64,000 nucleotides of DNA, taken from positions 4,576,001 through 4,640,000 of the forward strand of contig OZ245002.1 of the NCBI GenBank assembly GCA_965223415.1. The letters run 5' to 3'. The notes beneath the pieces were generated by a model that was given only the letters and a program-made list of their open reading frames with translations, had not been told where the DNA came from and did no database searches. Shown piece by piece: positions 8,716 through 18,168 of this stretch. The stretch is from Myxococcota bacterium. Its GTDB lineage: Bacteria; Myxococcota_A; UBA9160; UBA6930. A program made the position numbers and the translations under genes. Positions within the stretch are counted from its first letter, which is position 1, and every line of letters begins with the position of its first letter.

Positions 8716-9933
8716 ATGTCCGATCCCGCCCAGACCCACGAGCCCCGCCTGGACGCACCGGCCCTCGATCCGGGCCGCCACGCCGAGATCCACCCCCGCC
8801 CGGGCCTCGCCCTGCTGGTGGCGACCCGCAAGGGCGCCTGGATCCTGCGCCCCGACGGAGAGCGGCGGCGCTGGGAGACCGACGGCCCCCTTTTTCTCGG
8901 CAACATCGTCCATCACTTCCGCCTCGACCCGCGGGACGGCCGCACGCTCCTGATCGCGGCGCGGTCGGGCCACCTCGGGCCCACCGTGTTCCGCTCCCTC
9001 GACGGCGGGAAGAGCTGGGAGGAGTCGGTGCGGCCGCCCATGTTCGCCGGGCCGTCGCCGGCCGGCCGGGAGCGCGCCGTCGAGCAGGTGTTCTGGCTCG
9101 AGCCGGGGCACGCCCGCGAGCCCGAGGTCTGGTACGCGGGGACCGCGCCGGAGGGGCTCTTCCGCAGCGAGGACGCGGGGGTCACCTGGGCCCCGGTCGA
9201 CGGCTGGAATGACCATGCGAGCTGGGACCTGTGGGCCGAGCCCGACGATCTCGAGCAATCGACGCCGGACGGCTCGCCCCTCCACTCCATCAACATCGAC
9301 CCGCGCGACCCGACCCACCTGTACCTGGCCGTCTCGAGCGGCGGTGTGTTCGAGAGCGTCGATCAGGGCAAGGACTGGCGGCCGCTGAACGGCAACGTCG
9401 AGGCGAACTTCCATCCGGATCCGTACCCGGAGGTCGGGCAGGACACGCACCACCTCGCCCAGCATCCCCAGGCGCCGGACGTCCTCTACCAGCAGAACCA
9501 CTGCGGGATCTACCGGATCGAGCGGCCCGCTACCGCGTGGACGCGGATCGGCGACAACATGCCGCGGGAGATCGGCGACATCGGCTTCCCGATCTCGCTC
9601 CACCCGCGCGATCCGGACACGGCCTGGGTGTTCCCGATGGACGGCACCGACGTCTGGCCCCGCACGAGCCCGGACGGCCGACCTGCCGTCTACCGGACCC
9701 GCGACGGCGGCGAGAGCTGGGAGCGCCAGGACCGGGGGCTTCCACCCGAGCAGGCCTGGCTCACCGTGAAGCGCCAGGCCATGGCGGTGGACCAGCGGGC
9801 CCCCGTCGGCGTGTACTTCGGCACCACCAACGGCGACGTCTGGGCCAGCGCCGACGAGGGCGCGAGCTGGCAGTGCATCGCTCCTCACCTGCCCCACGTC
9901 TACGCGGTGGAGGCGGTGGAGTTCGCCCCGTGA
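8716..9933 (+). CDS. BNR/Asp-box beta-propeller protein (sialidase/WD40-YVTN-like)
   Basis: Repeated Asp-box motifs SLDGGKSW, SEDAGVTW, SVDQGKDW, TRDGGESW, SADEGASW; no signal peptide. Confidence 0.88.
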   Translation: MSDPAQTHEPRLDAPALDPGRHAEIHPRPGLALLVATRKGAWILRPDGERRRWETDGPLFLGNIVHHFRLDPRDGRTLLIAARSGHLGPTVFRSLDGGKSWEESVRPPMFAGPSPAGRERAVEQVFWLEPGHAREPEVWYAGTAPEGLFRSEDAGVTWAPVDGWNDHASWDLWAEPDDLEQSTPDGSPLHSINIDPRDPTHLYLAVSSGGVFESVDQGKDWRPLNGNVEANFHPDPYPEVGQDTHHLAQHPQAPDVLYQQNHCGIYRIERPATAWTRIGDNMPREIGDIGFPISLHPRDPDTAWVFPMDGTDVWPRTSPDGRPAVYRTRDGGESWERQDRGLPPEQAWLTVKRQAMAVDQRAPVGVYFGTTNGDVWASADEGASWQCIAPHLPHVYAVEAVEFAP

Positions 9934-10187
9934 AGGTGGCGATCCCCCAGCCGCTGCGGGGCTACACCGGCGCCGACGAGGTCGAAGCCGTCGGCGAATC
10001 GGTGGACGAGCTGCTCCGCGACCTCGACCGGCGCTTCCCGGGCATCCGCTTCCGCATGGTCGACGAGCTGGATCGGCTTCGGCCCCATGTGCGGGTCTTC
10101 CTGAATCGGGAGCGGGTGCGCGACCTCTCCGAGCCGGTGGCGGAGGACGATGAAGTGCAGATCCTCCAGGCCCTCAGCGGGGGGTAA
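9930..10187 (+). CDS. MoaD/ThiS/CysO-family ubiquitin-like protein
   Basis: 85 aa beta-grasp pattern (VKVAIPQPLR...HVRVFLN...DEVQILQALSGG) ending in GG; GTGA overlap with the upstream stop. Confidence 0.92.
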   Translation: MKVAIPQPLRGYTGADEVEAVGESVDELLRDLDRRFPGIRFRMVDELDRLRPHVRVFLNRERVRDLSEPVAEDDEVQILQALSGG

Positions 10188-10213
10188 AGGCCAGCGGCCC
10201 GGTGCGCCGATAG
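10185..10213 (+). promoter_or_regulatory. candidate sigma-28 promoter (leaderless transcript)
   Basis: TAAA-N17-GCCGATAG; ATG 10221 lies 7 nt after the -10 element with no RBS. Spacer is 1 nt longer than in the other copies. Confidence 0.45.
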
Positions 10214-10220
10214 GCCGACC

Positions 10221-10793
10221 ATGGAGCCCTCGATCAAGGGATTCGCCATGGGGCCGGCCATCGCTCGCTTGCGGGACCTGCGGGCCGAGGGCCGGGTGTC
10301 CGATCTCGCGTGGAGCCGTCTCGAGGCGGAGGACGTCAGGCTCGTCGAGCAGGGCGCGGCGCTCACCATCTGGTATCCGGTCGCCAGCCAGGGCCGTCTC
10401 CTCGATGCGCTGCGCACGGCCCTCGGCGGCACCGACGCCGGGTTGCGGGAGTTCGCACGGGAGACCGCGCGCGAGGTCTTGGCGGCACCGGCCCTGACGG
10501 TCCTCCTGGAGGGGACGTCGTTCCTGGGCGTGAAGCTCGGGCCCACCCTGGTCCGCATGGCCCGCTTCGGCTTCAGCTTCGGGACCTGGCGCTTCGAGGG
10601 CGAGGACCTGACCGCCTTCCGGGTCGTCGCCGACGGGATGGAGCCGATGCCGGAAGGCGTCTGTCTGAACATCCAGGGCTTCATCGAGCACCTGGCGGGC
10701 CACGTCACCGGCGAGGACGTGCGCTGCACCTGGACGCGCCCGTCCGCGTCGCGGCTGATCTTCGACGGCCAGCAGCGCGTCACGCCCGGCTGA
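10221..10793 (+). CDS. hypothetical protein (190 aa), resembles myxobacterial DUF2378/V4R-like proteins
   Basis: Good codon usage; SIKG..., WYP and ...NIQGFIEHL pattern; family call is tentative. Confidence 0.65.
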   Translation: MEPSIKGFAMGPAIARLRDLRAEGRVSDLAWSRLEAEDVRLVEQGAALTIWYPVASQGRLLDALRTALGGTDAGLREFARETAREVLAAPALTVLLEGTSFLGVKLGPTLVRMARFGFSFGTWRFEGEDLTAFRVVADGMEPMPEGVCLNIQGFIEHLAGHVTGEDVRCTWTRPSASRLIFDGQQRVTPG

Positions 10794-10877
10794 CCCCGCG
10801 GGGTGGGTGAAATCCCCGAGGGTGTTCCGTAGACTGCCGCCGCCCCACTCACAGGGGCCGAGCTCCCCAGGACGGCC

Positions 10878-11381
10878 GTGAGCGGACGCATCGACGTGAA
10901 CCGGTCGCTGCCTCCGGTGGCAGTGCCCGCCAGAGTATGGAACGAGCTTCGCGGGCACGCCCTGGAGACGATTCCGGAGGAGTGCTGCGGGCTCCTCCTG
11001 GGGAAGCACGCCGGCCGCTACGAACAGGTGGCGCGGTGTCGCAACGAGATGACGCGACTTCACCAGGAGGATCCGATCTCCCATCCCCGAGATGGGCGGG
11101 AGGCGTTCCACATGAACGAGATGGACTACGTGCGCATCCAGGAGCAGGCGGAGAGCGAGAGCCTCCAGGTGACCGGCGTCTACCACTCCCACGTGGGCGC
11201 CGGCGCCTACTTTTCGGAGCTCGATCAGGCCTTCGCCCTCCAGCCCCTGTTCCCGTTCCCCGGGGCGGACCACCTGGTGATCTCGGTGGTGGAGCATCGC
11301 GTGCGCGACATCGCGGTGTTCCGGCGCCTGGACACGTCGGAGGCCTTCGAGGGCCGGGCCCTGGCACCGGAGGCGCCGTGA
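10878..11381 (+). CDS. JAB/MPN+ (M67) metallopeptidase, Mec-like
   Basis: PEECCGLLLG and JAMM motif YHSH-x7-S-x2-D (YHSHVGAGAYFSELD). Confidence 0.9.
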   Translation: MSGRIDVNRSLPPVAVPARVWNELRGHALETIPEECCGLLLGKHAGRYEQVARCRNEMTRLHQEDPISHPRDGREAFHMNEMDYVRIQEQAESESLQVTGVYHSHVGAGAYFSELDQAFALQPLFPFPGADHLVISVVEHRVRDIAVFRRLDTSEAFEGRALAPEAP

Positions 11382-12403
11382 GGCGCCGGGTCGCCGCCAC
11401 CCTCGCGCTCCTCGTCACCGCTTGCGCGGGGCCGGGCTACGACTTCGAGGATCTCCCGGACCGCCCCATCGCGCTCGTCTATCGCAACATGACCGAAGCG
11501 GAGCAGGCCGCCGACGCCTACGACAAGGCGGAGAAGCGGCTGCGCGTCGCGCGCACGGGCGTCCCGATCCGCGGCCGTCCGAACACGCTGGACGTCGACG
11601 ACATCGCCCAGGCGTTCGGGGTGTACGGCACCTCCGAGGATCGCGCCGCCGCCAACCTCGGAAGGGTGGCGCTCCTCCACCCGCGCACCGGAGAGATCGA
11701 GACCGTCGACTGGGCGCCCCGGGGCTCGCGGCCCCTCGACTGGTCGGCGGACCACCAGCGCCTGCTCTTCGTGAAGCTGCGCCGCGGCCTCCCGCACATC
11801 TACGAGCGGGACTTCCGCACCGGAGACGTCCGCCCGATCACCCACGCCCGCCGGCGGCACCTCGACGCCTGCTACTGCGGCGAGGACGGGCTGATCTTCG
11901 CCGCCATCACGACCTCCGGGCGCAGTCAGCTCTTCCTGCGGCGCGCTGGCGGCGGCAAGCCCGTGGCCGTCACCGAGGGGCCCGGCGACTACGCTCCGAG
12001 CTGCACGCCGGACGGCCGCCGCGTGGTCTGGACCGGGCGGGGCGTGGAGGGCGAGTCGATCCGATCCCTCGACCTCGAGGATCCGGAGGCCGAGCCCACG
12101 CTGCTCACCCGCGGCCGGCATCCCGGCGTGACGCCGGACGGAGCGTGGATCCTCTACAGCGCCCTGACCCGCGACGGCTGGAAGGTCTGGCGCATGCGCA
12201 TCGACGGCACCGGGCGCCACCCCCTGGGCCGCGGACCGGAATGGGAGCACCAGCCCAACGTCTCCGGCGACGGCCGGTTTGCCGTCTACGTTTCGACCTT
12301 CGACAAGCACGAGATCGGCTTCAAGCTGTGGGTCCGCCCGCTCGACGGAGATGCCGATCGTCCCCTGCCCATCGACGGCGAAGCCCTTCACCCCGTCTGG
12401 TAG
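11378..12403 (+). CDS. TolB-like (PD40) beta-propeller lipoprotein
   Basis: Lipobox LVTA-C after a basic N-terminus; repeats WSADHQRLLF, TPDGRRVVW, TPDGAWILY, SGDGRFAVY; GTGA overlap with the JAB gene. Confidence 0.8.
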   Translation: MRRRVAATLALLVTACAGPGYDFEDLPDRPIALVYRNMTEAEQAADAYDKAEKRLRVARTGVPIRGRPNTLDVDDIAQAFGVYGTSEDRAAANLGRVALLHPRTGEIETVDWAPRGSRPLDWSADHQRLLFVKLRRGLPHIYERDFRTGDVRPITHARRRHLDACYCGEDGLIFAAITTSGRSQLFLRRAGGGKPVAVTEGPGDYAPSCTPDGRRVVWTGRGVEGESIRSLDLEDPEAEPTLLTRGRHPGVTPDGAWILYSALTRDGWKVWRMRIDGTGRHPLGRGPEWEHQPNVSGDGRFAVYVSTFDKHEIGFKLWVRPLDGDADRPLPIDGEALHPVW

Positions 12404-12438
12404 GCGAACGCCCCGGACCCCCTCGATCAGGAGCCCGC

Positions 12439-13704
12439 ATGTCCCCTACGCCCCAAGGCGATCTCGTCCCCGTTCACGGCGGCCTCGACGCCCCCGTCGA
12501 CCGCACCGTTCCCCTCTCCCAGCGCAAGGCGTTCCTGGCCGAGGCGGCGGGGCTTCCCGCCGTGCGCGTGAGCCGGGCGGACCTCTCGACCCTCTACCGC
12601 ATCGGCGACGGCGCCCTCTCGCCGCTCGAGGGCCCGATGGACGAGGAGACCTGGAACCGGGTGCTTGACGAGCAGGTGATCCTCCGGGACGGCCGGCGCT
12701 ACGCCTGGACCATTCCCATGGCGCTGCCCGTCACCGACGACGAGGCGGCACCCGTCGCGGGCGCCGGGGCCGTGGCCGTGCGGACGGAGGAGGGTGACGT
12801 CGTCGCCATCGTCGACGGACCGGCTTGCTACGGATGGGACAAGGGCCGCTACGTCAAGCAGGTCTACCGGACGGAGCGCTTCGATCATCCCGGCGGCCGC
12901 ATGGTCGAGAGTGATCCGCGCAGCCAGCTCCTCGGCGGCCGCCTCCGCGTGCTGCCCCAGCCGGTGAACCCCGAGTACGGCGAGTACATGTTCTCGCCGC
13001 GCATGGTGCGCACGCTGATCCGCGACCGGAAGTGGGAGCGGGCCCTGGCCTTCCAGACGCGCAACCCGCTGCATCGCGCCCACGAGTACGCGCTGGTCGC
13101 CGGGGCCGAGCGCCTGACCCGCGAGGGCCACTACACCGGCGTCGTGCTGAACCCGCTCGTCGGCGAGCTGAAGGGCGACGACGTGCCCGCGGCCATGCGC
13201 ATGGCCTGCTACCGGGAGCTCCACGACGAGAGCCTGCTCGGCCAGGGCGACAAGGACGAGGCGCTCTGGGAGGAGTGCGGCTACGACCTGCCGGAAGTCT
13301 TCGAGCTGATCGGGCTCGACATCAAGATGTTCTACGGCGGCCCCAGCGAGGCGATCATGCACGCCATCTACCGCCAGAACTACGGCTTCAGCGATCTCGT
13401 CATCGGCCGCAAGCACGCCGACGCGCCCTACGAGGACGGCGAGCCCATCTGGGGCGACTTCGACGCCCAGGAGATCTTCGACGACTTGCCCGGGGAGCTG
13501 CACCTGCAGCCCTGCAAGATCGGCTTCGCCGCGTTCTACGAGTCCCTTGGCCGCGTCGACCTGATGGAGCGCCACCCGGACGAGAAGCCCTACGGCATCT
13601 CCGGCACCAAGGTGCGCGAGCTGCTGAAGAGCGGCGAGCACCCGGACCCGCGCATTCTCCGGCCCGAGATCGCCGACATCCTGATCGAGGCGTACAAGTC
13701 CTGA
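12439..13704 (+). CDS. sat: sulfate adenylyltransferase (ATP sulfurylase)
   Basis: PVHGG N-terminus, FQTRNPLHRAHEY, GPSEAIMHAIYRQNYG, GRKHA (canonical GRDHA), ISGTKVRE; AGGAG RBS. Confidence 0.92.
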   Translation: MSPTPQGDLVPVHGGLDAPVDRTVPLSQRKAFLAEAAGLPAVRVSRADLSTLYRIGDGALSPLEGPMDEETWNRVLDEQVILRDGRRYAWTIPMALPVTDDEAAPVAGAGAVAVRTEEGDVVAIVDGPACYGWDKGRYVKQVYRTERFDHPGGRMVESDPRSQLLGGRLRVLPQPVNPEYGEYMFSPRMVRTLIRDRKWERALAFQTRNPLHRAHEYALVAGAERLTREGHYTGVVLNPLVGELKGDDVPAAMRMACYRELHDESLLGQGDKDEALWEECGYDLPEVFELIGLDIKMFYGGPSEAIMHAIYRQNYGFSDLVIGRKHADAPYEDGEPIWGDFDAQEIFDDLPGELHLQPCKIGFAAFYESLGRVDLMERHPDEKPYGISGTKVRELLKSGEHPDPRILRPEIADILIEAYKS

Positions 13705-13722
13705 TCCATTAGGCTCTGCGGC

Positions 13723-14847
13723 ATGAAGATCGGCGTGCCGCGCGAGACGAAGGACCAGGAGTTCCGGGTCGGCATGACCCCGGACGGCGCCCGCATGCTC
13801 GTGGCCCGGGGGCACGAGGTGCTCGTACAGACCGGAGCCGGCCAGGGGAGCGGCTTCACCGACGAGGAGTACAGCGTCGCCGGCGCGCGTCTCGTGCCGG
13901 TCGACGAGGCCTGGACCGCGCCGGACCTGGTCGTGAAGGTGAAGGAGCCGAACCCGAAGGAGATCGCCTGGCTTCGGGAGGGCCAGATCCTCTTCACCTA
14001 CCTCCACCTGGCGGCGGCGCCGGAAACCACCGCGGCGCTGCGCGAGGCCCAGGTGATCGGCATCGCCTACGAGACGATCCGCAACCCGGACGGCTCCTTC
14101 CCGGTGCTGGCGCCGATGAGCGAGGTGGCCGGGCGCCTGGCGGCCCAGATCGGGGTCACGCTCCTCCAGAAGAACCGCGGCGGGAAGGGCCTGCTGGTGG
14201 GCGGAGTGCCCGGGGTTCCACGTGGCAACGTCACGGTGATCGGCGGGGGCATCGTCGGCATCAACTCCGTGCGCATCGCCCACGCGCTCGGCGCCGACGT
14301 CACCGTGCTCGACGTCGACCTGCCGCGCCTGGCCTACGTCTACGACATCTTCCGCGGCGAGCTGAACACGCTCTTCTCCAACCCGGTGAACATCGAGCGG
14401 GCCGTTGCCGAGAGCGACCTCGTGGTCGGTGCCGTCTACGTCCATGGGCGGCGGGCGCCGACCCTCGTGACCGAGGCGATGGTGGCGAGCATGGAGGCGG
14501 GTTCGGTCGTGGTGGACGTCGCCGTCGATCAGGGCGGCTGCATCGAGACGATCCACCCCACGACCCACTCGGAGCCCACCTACGTCGTGCACGACGTCAT
14601 CCACTACGGCGTCGCGAACATGCCCGGCGCCGTGCCGCGCACCTCCACCTTCGCGCTCACGAACACGACCCTGCCCTACGTCGAGCACATCGCCGAGGTC
14701 GGCGTGGAGAAGGCGATCCTCTCGGACCACGCCCTCGAACAGGGAGCGAACCTGTGGCGGGGCGAGGTGGTGTGCGAGGGGGTAGCCGAGTCGCTGGGCC
14801 TGCCTTTTCGGCCGCTCGAGGCGCTGCTGACTCGCGAGGTGGGCTAG
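13723..14847 (+). CDS. ald: alanine dehydrogenase
   Basis: MKIGVPRETKDQEFRV, VKVKEP, FTYLHLAA, LAPMSEVAGR, DVAVDQGG, VANMPGAVPRTST. Confidence 0.96.
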   Translation: MKIGVPRETKDQEFRVGMTPDGARMLVARGHEVLVQTGAGQGSGFTDEEYSVAGARLVPVDEAWTAPDLVVKVKEPNPKEIAWLREGQILFTYLHLAAAPETTAALREAQVIGIAYETIRNPDGSFPVLAPMSEVAGRLAAQIGVTLLQKNRGGKGLLVGGVPGVPRGNVTVIGGGIVGINSVRIAHALGADVTVLDVDLPRLAYVYDIFRGELNTLFSNPVNIERAVAESDLVVGAVYVHGRRAPTLVTEAMVASMEAGSVVVDVAVDQGGCIETIHPTTHSEPTYVVHDVIHYGVANMPGAVPRTSTFALTNTTLPYVEHIAEVGVEKAILSDHALEQGANLWRGEVVCEGVAESLGLPFRPLEALLTREVG

Positions 14848-17108
14848 ACCATGCGGATGCGGGGGTGGGCGGCTCGCTTGAGGAGCGCCTCCCGGTCGCT
14901 GCCCTCGGCCGGGTGGACGGCGTAGCCGAAGGCGAGGACGACGCGGATGGGGTCGTTCAGGCGGTCGTCCTTGGAGATGCGGTCGGCGACGGCGCGAGAG
15001 ACGGCGGTGACGCGCTCTTCGGGGTTCGGACCCGGGTCCGGGAGGAGGAGGGTGAACTCCGCCTCCTCGGTGCGGGCGAGGATGTCGAAATCGCGCAGCG
15101 GCTCGCGGAGGGCCATGGCGGTCTGCTGGACCAGGCGGTCGGCGCGCACCGGGTCGCCGGCCCGGCGGATCTCGTCCAGGTTCTCGATGCGGCAGGTGGC
15201 GAGGGCCAGGCGGCCCTCCTGGCCGCGGGCTCGTGCCAGCTCCTGGTCGAGGCGCAGGGCCAGGTACTCGGCGTTGGGCAGCCCGGTCTCCTCGTCGAAG
15301 TTCCGGTGCTGGCTCGCACTCGCGTGGTAGAGGGCGTTCTCGAGGGCCTGCTCGACGTAGGAGACGTAGCGGCCGAAGACCTGCAGGTCGTCGTCGTTGA
15401 AGGGGCCGGCGTAGAACTGGTCCGGCGCCACCTTGTCGTAGAGGCTCAGGGTGCCGATCACCCGGCTCTCGCGCCGGAGAGGTGCCGAGAGGACGGACTG
15501 GAAGCGTTCGCCGACCTCGGCGAGGCTCGTGTCGTCCTCGACCCGCCTGATCAGTCGCGCCTGGCGGGTCTTGAGGGTCGCGACCGCCACGCGCTTGTCG
15601 AGCTGGAAGAGCTGCTCCTGGGTGCGCTGGTCGCCGGAGCCGTAGTAGGAGCGGATCACGAAGCGGCGGGTCTCCGGATCCTGGAGCCGTAGCACGGCGT
15701 GGTCCGCCTCGAGGATCAGGGCGCCGGAGGAGGTCGCGAGCCGGGTCACCTCGCTGATCTCCCGGGCCGAGACCAGGCGGATGCCGGCCTCGTTGATGGC
15801 GGTCACCTTGGTCGCGCGGGCGGACATGCGCGCCTCGCGCTCGGCCTGGGCGACGGCCTCGGCGGCGGCGGCGGCGATCTCGAGCAGGGCTTCTTCGAGG
15901 CCGCGGCCGTGAGGGACCGGGGCGCCGGCCTGTACCGCCAGGAGGCCCACCAGCTCGCCGCCGGCCATGAGCGGGAGCGCCGCGTAGGCCAGCCGGCCGT
16001 CGGGTCCGTGCAGCATCATCGGCTGGCGGCTGCGGGCGGCGCGGCCATCGATGCCGTCGCCGCTCTCGACCCGCCAGTCGGCGCCGAGCCCGGCGCCCTC
16101 CAGGGAGGTGGCCACCCAGCGCAGGGCGTCCTCGATCGGGTCGTACAGATAGGCGGTGGCGATCCCGCCGCCGGCCCGCCGCGCCACGAGCTGGCAGAGC
16201 GTGCGCAGGCTCGTGTCGAGGGCGTCACCGTCCGCCAGCGCGGTGCGCACCTCGCGCACGGCGGCGTAGCGCGAGGCCTCCCGCCGCAGGGTCTCGTGCT
16301 CCTGGGCCCGGTGGATGATCTCCGCATCGAGCCGGCCGAGCTGCTCGGCAAACTCGAGGTCGTCGTCGTCGAAGGCGTCGGCGCGGGTCGCGTGGTGCAG
16401 GTTCAGCACGCCGAGCACGCGGCCCTCGTGAATCAGCGGCACGCAGAGGGCGCTCTCCACGTCGAAGCGCTCGCGCAGGACCTGGAACTCCGCCTGGTCA
16501 GCGTGGCCGCGCACCTTCAGGGGGCGGCCGTCGGCGGCGACCTTGCCGGCGATGCCCTCGCCGAGGGTCACGCGGATCTTCGGCCACAGCTCCGGCTCGA
16601 CGCCCACGGCCACCCGGATCGCCAGGTCGCCCCGCTCCGCATCCAGCAGCATCAGGGAGCCGCCGTCGGCGCCGGTCACGCTCATGGCGATCTCGAGCAT
16701 GCGCCCGAAGAGCTCCTGGGGCTCGACCGTCAGATTCACGGACTCGACGATCTCGTGGAGGGCCTGCAGCAGCTCGCCCTTGCGATCGCCGGAGGAGACG
16801 CCGTAGCCCCACAGCAGGCGGGCGGTGAGCGGCGAGACGATCTGGGCGCCGTCGGCGGCGATTTCCGGATGGGCCTCGGCGAAGGGAGGCAGAGTGCCCG
16901 CGTCCACCACCGCGTGGAGCGGGGGCCCGAAGAGCGCCAGGTCGTCGGTGAGCCGCAGCTCCTGGTGCTGCTGGACGGCCCGCTCCCGGGCGGAGGCGAG
17001 GTCCGGATCGTAGGCGCCGCGCACCTCGATCTCCGGATTGTCCTCCAGGATCGGGACCAGGGCGAGGCTCTCCTCGCTCACCCCGTAGATGGCAATGGCG
17101 CGGCGCAT
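14844..17108 (-). CDS. multi-GAF protein with N-terminal Rossmann-like segment and degenerate GGDEF domain
   Basis: Three GAF-like repeats (LCVPLIHEGRVLGVLNL, LPLMAGGELVGLL, SAPLRRESRVIGTLSL); DEETGLPN...RDFDILARTEEAEF. Confidence 0.85.
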   Translation of the reverse strand: MRRAIAIYGVSEESLALVPILEDNPEIEVRGAYDPDLASARERAVQQHQELRLTDDLALFGPPLHAVVDAGTLPPFAEAHPEIAADGAQIVSPLTARLLWGYGVSSGDRKGELLQALHEIVESVNLTVEPQELFGRMLEIAMSVTGADGGSLMLLDAERGDLAIRVAVGVEPELWPKIRVTLGEGIAGKVAADGRPLKVRGHADQAEFQVLRERFDVESALCVPLIHEGRVLGVLNLHHATRADAFDDDDLEFAEQLGRLDAEIIHRAQEHETLRREASRYAAVREVRTALADGDALDTSLRTLCQLVARRAGGGIATAYLYDPIEDALRWVATSLEGAGLGADWRVESGDGIDGRAARSRQPMMLHGPDGRLAYAALPLMAGGELVGLLAVQAGAPVPHGRGLEEALLEIAAAAAEAVAQAEREARMSARATKVTAINEAGIRLVSAREISEVTRLATSSGALILEADHAVLRLQDPETRRFVIRSYYGSGDQRTQEQLFQLDKRVAVATLKTRQARLIRRVEDDTSLAEVGERFQSVLSAPLRRESRVIGTLSLYDKVAPDQFYAGPFNDDDLQVFGRYVSYVEQALENALYHASASQHRNFDEETGLPNAEYLALRLDQELARARGQEGRLALATCRIENLDEIRRAGDPVRADRLVQQTAMALREPLRDFDILARTEEAEFTLLLPDPGPNPEERVTAVSRAVADRISKDDRLNDPIRVVLAFGYAVHPAEGSDREALLKRAAHPRIRMV

Positions 17109-17136
17109 GGTGCAGCAGCCCAGCCCCGGCCGGGGG

Positions 17137-18168
17137 CTAGGCGTCCTCCAGCGGGTCGAGGCGGACCGTCAGCACCAGGCTGCGCTCCTCTCCCCGCTCG
17201 TCACGCAGGACGATGGGCACGGCTACGGCCCGGGACCCGTCGGCGCGCGCCGTCCCAACCTGGGCGATCTCGAAGCGGCCCTCCGGCGCTTCCGCCGCTG
17301 GCTCCGCCAGGTCCCCACCCAGGGCGTCGGCCGTGGCCTCCGTCGTCGCGGCCTGGAACGATTCCTCGAAGGTGCTCTCCGCCAGGGTCGTGGTGGCCTC
17401 GATGGCCTCGAGGTCGAGGACGTCCTCGGCCTCCGGAGCGACCTCAGCGGCGAAGCCCTCGGCCGGATCCTCCAGCACCAGCTCGGAGCCGACGCTCTCC
17501 GGCTCGAGCAGCTCCTCGGCGAGGCCCTCCGTGGGCACCGGGTCCGCCCGCGGTCCCGAGTCCTCGAGGGGGTCCGTCACCAGGGCCTCGGCGGCGTGCG
17601 CCGGTCCCCGATCGCGGAGCGTGCGAACGACCCGCTTGGAGATGGTGGTGAGGGTCTGGAGCACCCCGGTGCCCTCGGTGGCGACGGCCTCGAAGGCGGC
17701 CACGCCCGAGAGCTCCAGCTTGCGGTGCAGCTCCTCGAGGGCGAAGGGGTCCGAGAGGTCCCGCTTGTTGTACTGCACGACCATGGGCAGGTCCGCGAGC
17801 TCGCGGCCGTAGTCGGCGAGCATCTCCCGCAGCTCCGCCCAGCTCGCCAGGTTGGCGTCGAGCTGCTCCAGCTGGGTGTCGACGACGAAGACCACGCCGT
17901 CCACCTGGTCGAGGAGCTGGCGTCGAGTGGGCGCGTGCTCCTCGGTGCTCGGCGCCGTCTCGATGCGCAGCCGCGTGCGCAGGCCGCCCACGTCGCCGAG
18001 CTCGATGGGCAGGGCGTGGTAGCTCACCGAGGGGTCGATGCGCGTCGGATGGGCCTCGATCTCTCCCCGGTGGTCCGCCCGCAGCTTGGCGTGGATCGTC
18101 TTCAGGTTCGAGAGCTTGCCGGAGCCCGCTGCTCCCCAGTAGAGGATGCGGGCATTCACCTCGCCCAT
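17137..18168 (-). CDS. MglA-like small GTPase domain (degenerate) with acidic linker and C-terminal domain
   Basis: NARILYWGAAGSGKLSNL, VDGVVFVVD, QYNKRDL and EAVATEGTGV align with MglA; TAATG overlap with the upstream gene. Confidence 0.85.
   Translation of the reverse strand: MGEVNARILYWGAAGSGKLSNLKTIHAKLRADHRGEIEAHPTRIDPSVSYHALPIELGDVGGLRTRLRIETAPSTEEHAPTRRQLLDQVDGVVFVVDTQLEQLDANLASWAELREMLADYGRELADLPMVVQYNKRDLSDPFALEELHRKLELSGVAAFEAVATEGTGVLQTLTTISKRVVRTLRDRGPAHAAEALVTDPLEDSGPRADPVPTEGLAEELLEPESVGSELVLEDPAEGFAAEVAPEAEDVLDLEAIEATTTLAESTFEESFQAATTEATADALGGDLAEPAAEAPEGRFEIAQVGTARADGSRAVAVPIVLRDERGEERSLVLTVRLDPLEDA

Noticed and set aside
6235..9897. 2233-aa 'giant helicase' ORF (3196..9897) and similar long N-terminal extensions (18168..22118, 27023..31615, 28604..31660, 58961..62776, 11422..13704)
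   Set aside because: The extensions overlap well-supported genes on the other strand or frame and have low-complexity R/G/P/A content; they are high-GC shadow ORFs.
9930..11381. Ubl + JAB as a CBASS/Bil-type anti-phage system
   Set aside because: No E1, E2, CD-NTase or effector nearby; the context (Rrf2, sat) favours sulfur metabolism.
12439..13704. sat as evidence of dissimilatory sulfate reduction
   Set aside because: No aprAB, qmo or dsr genes in the window; Sat alone does not indicate direction or pathway.
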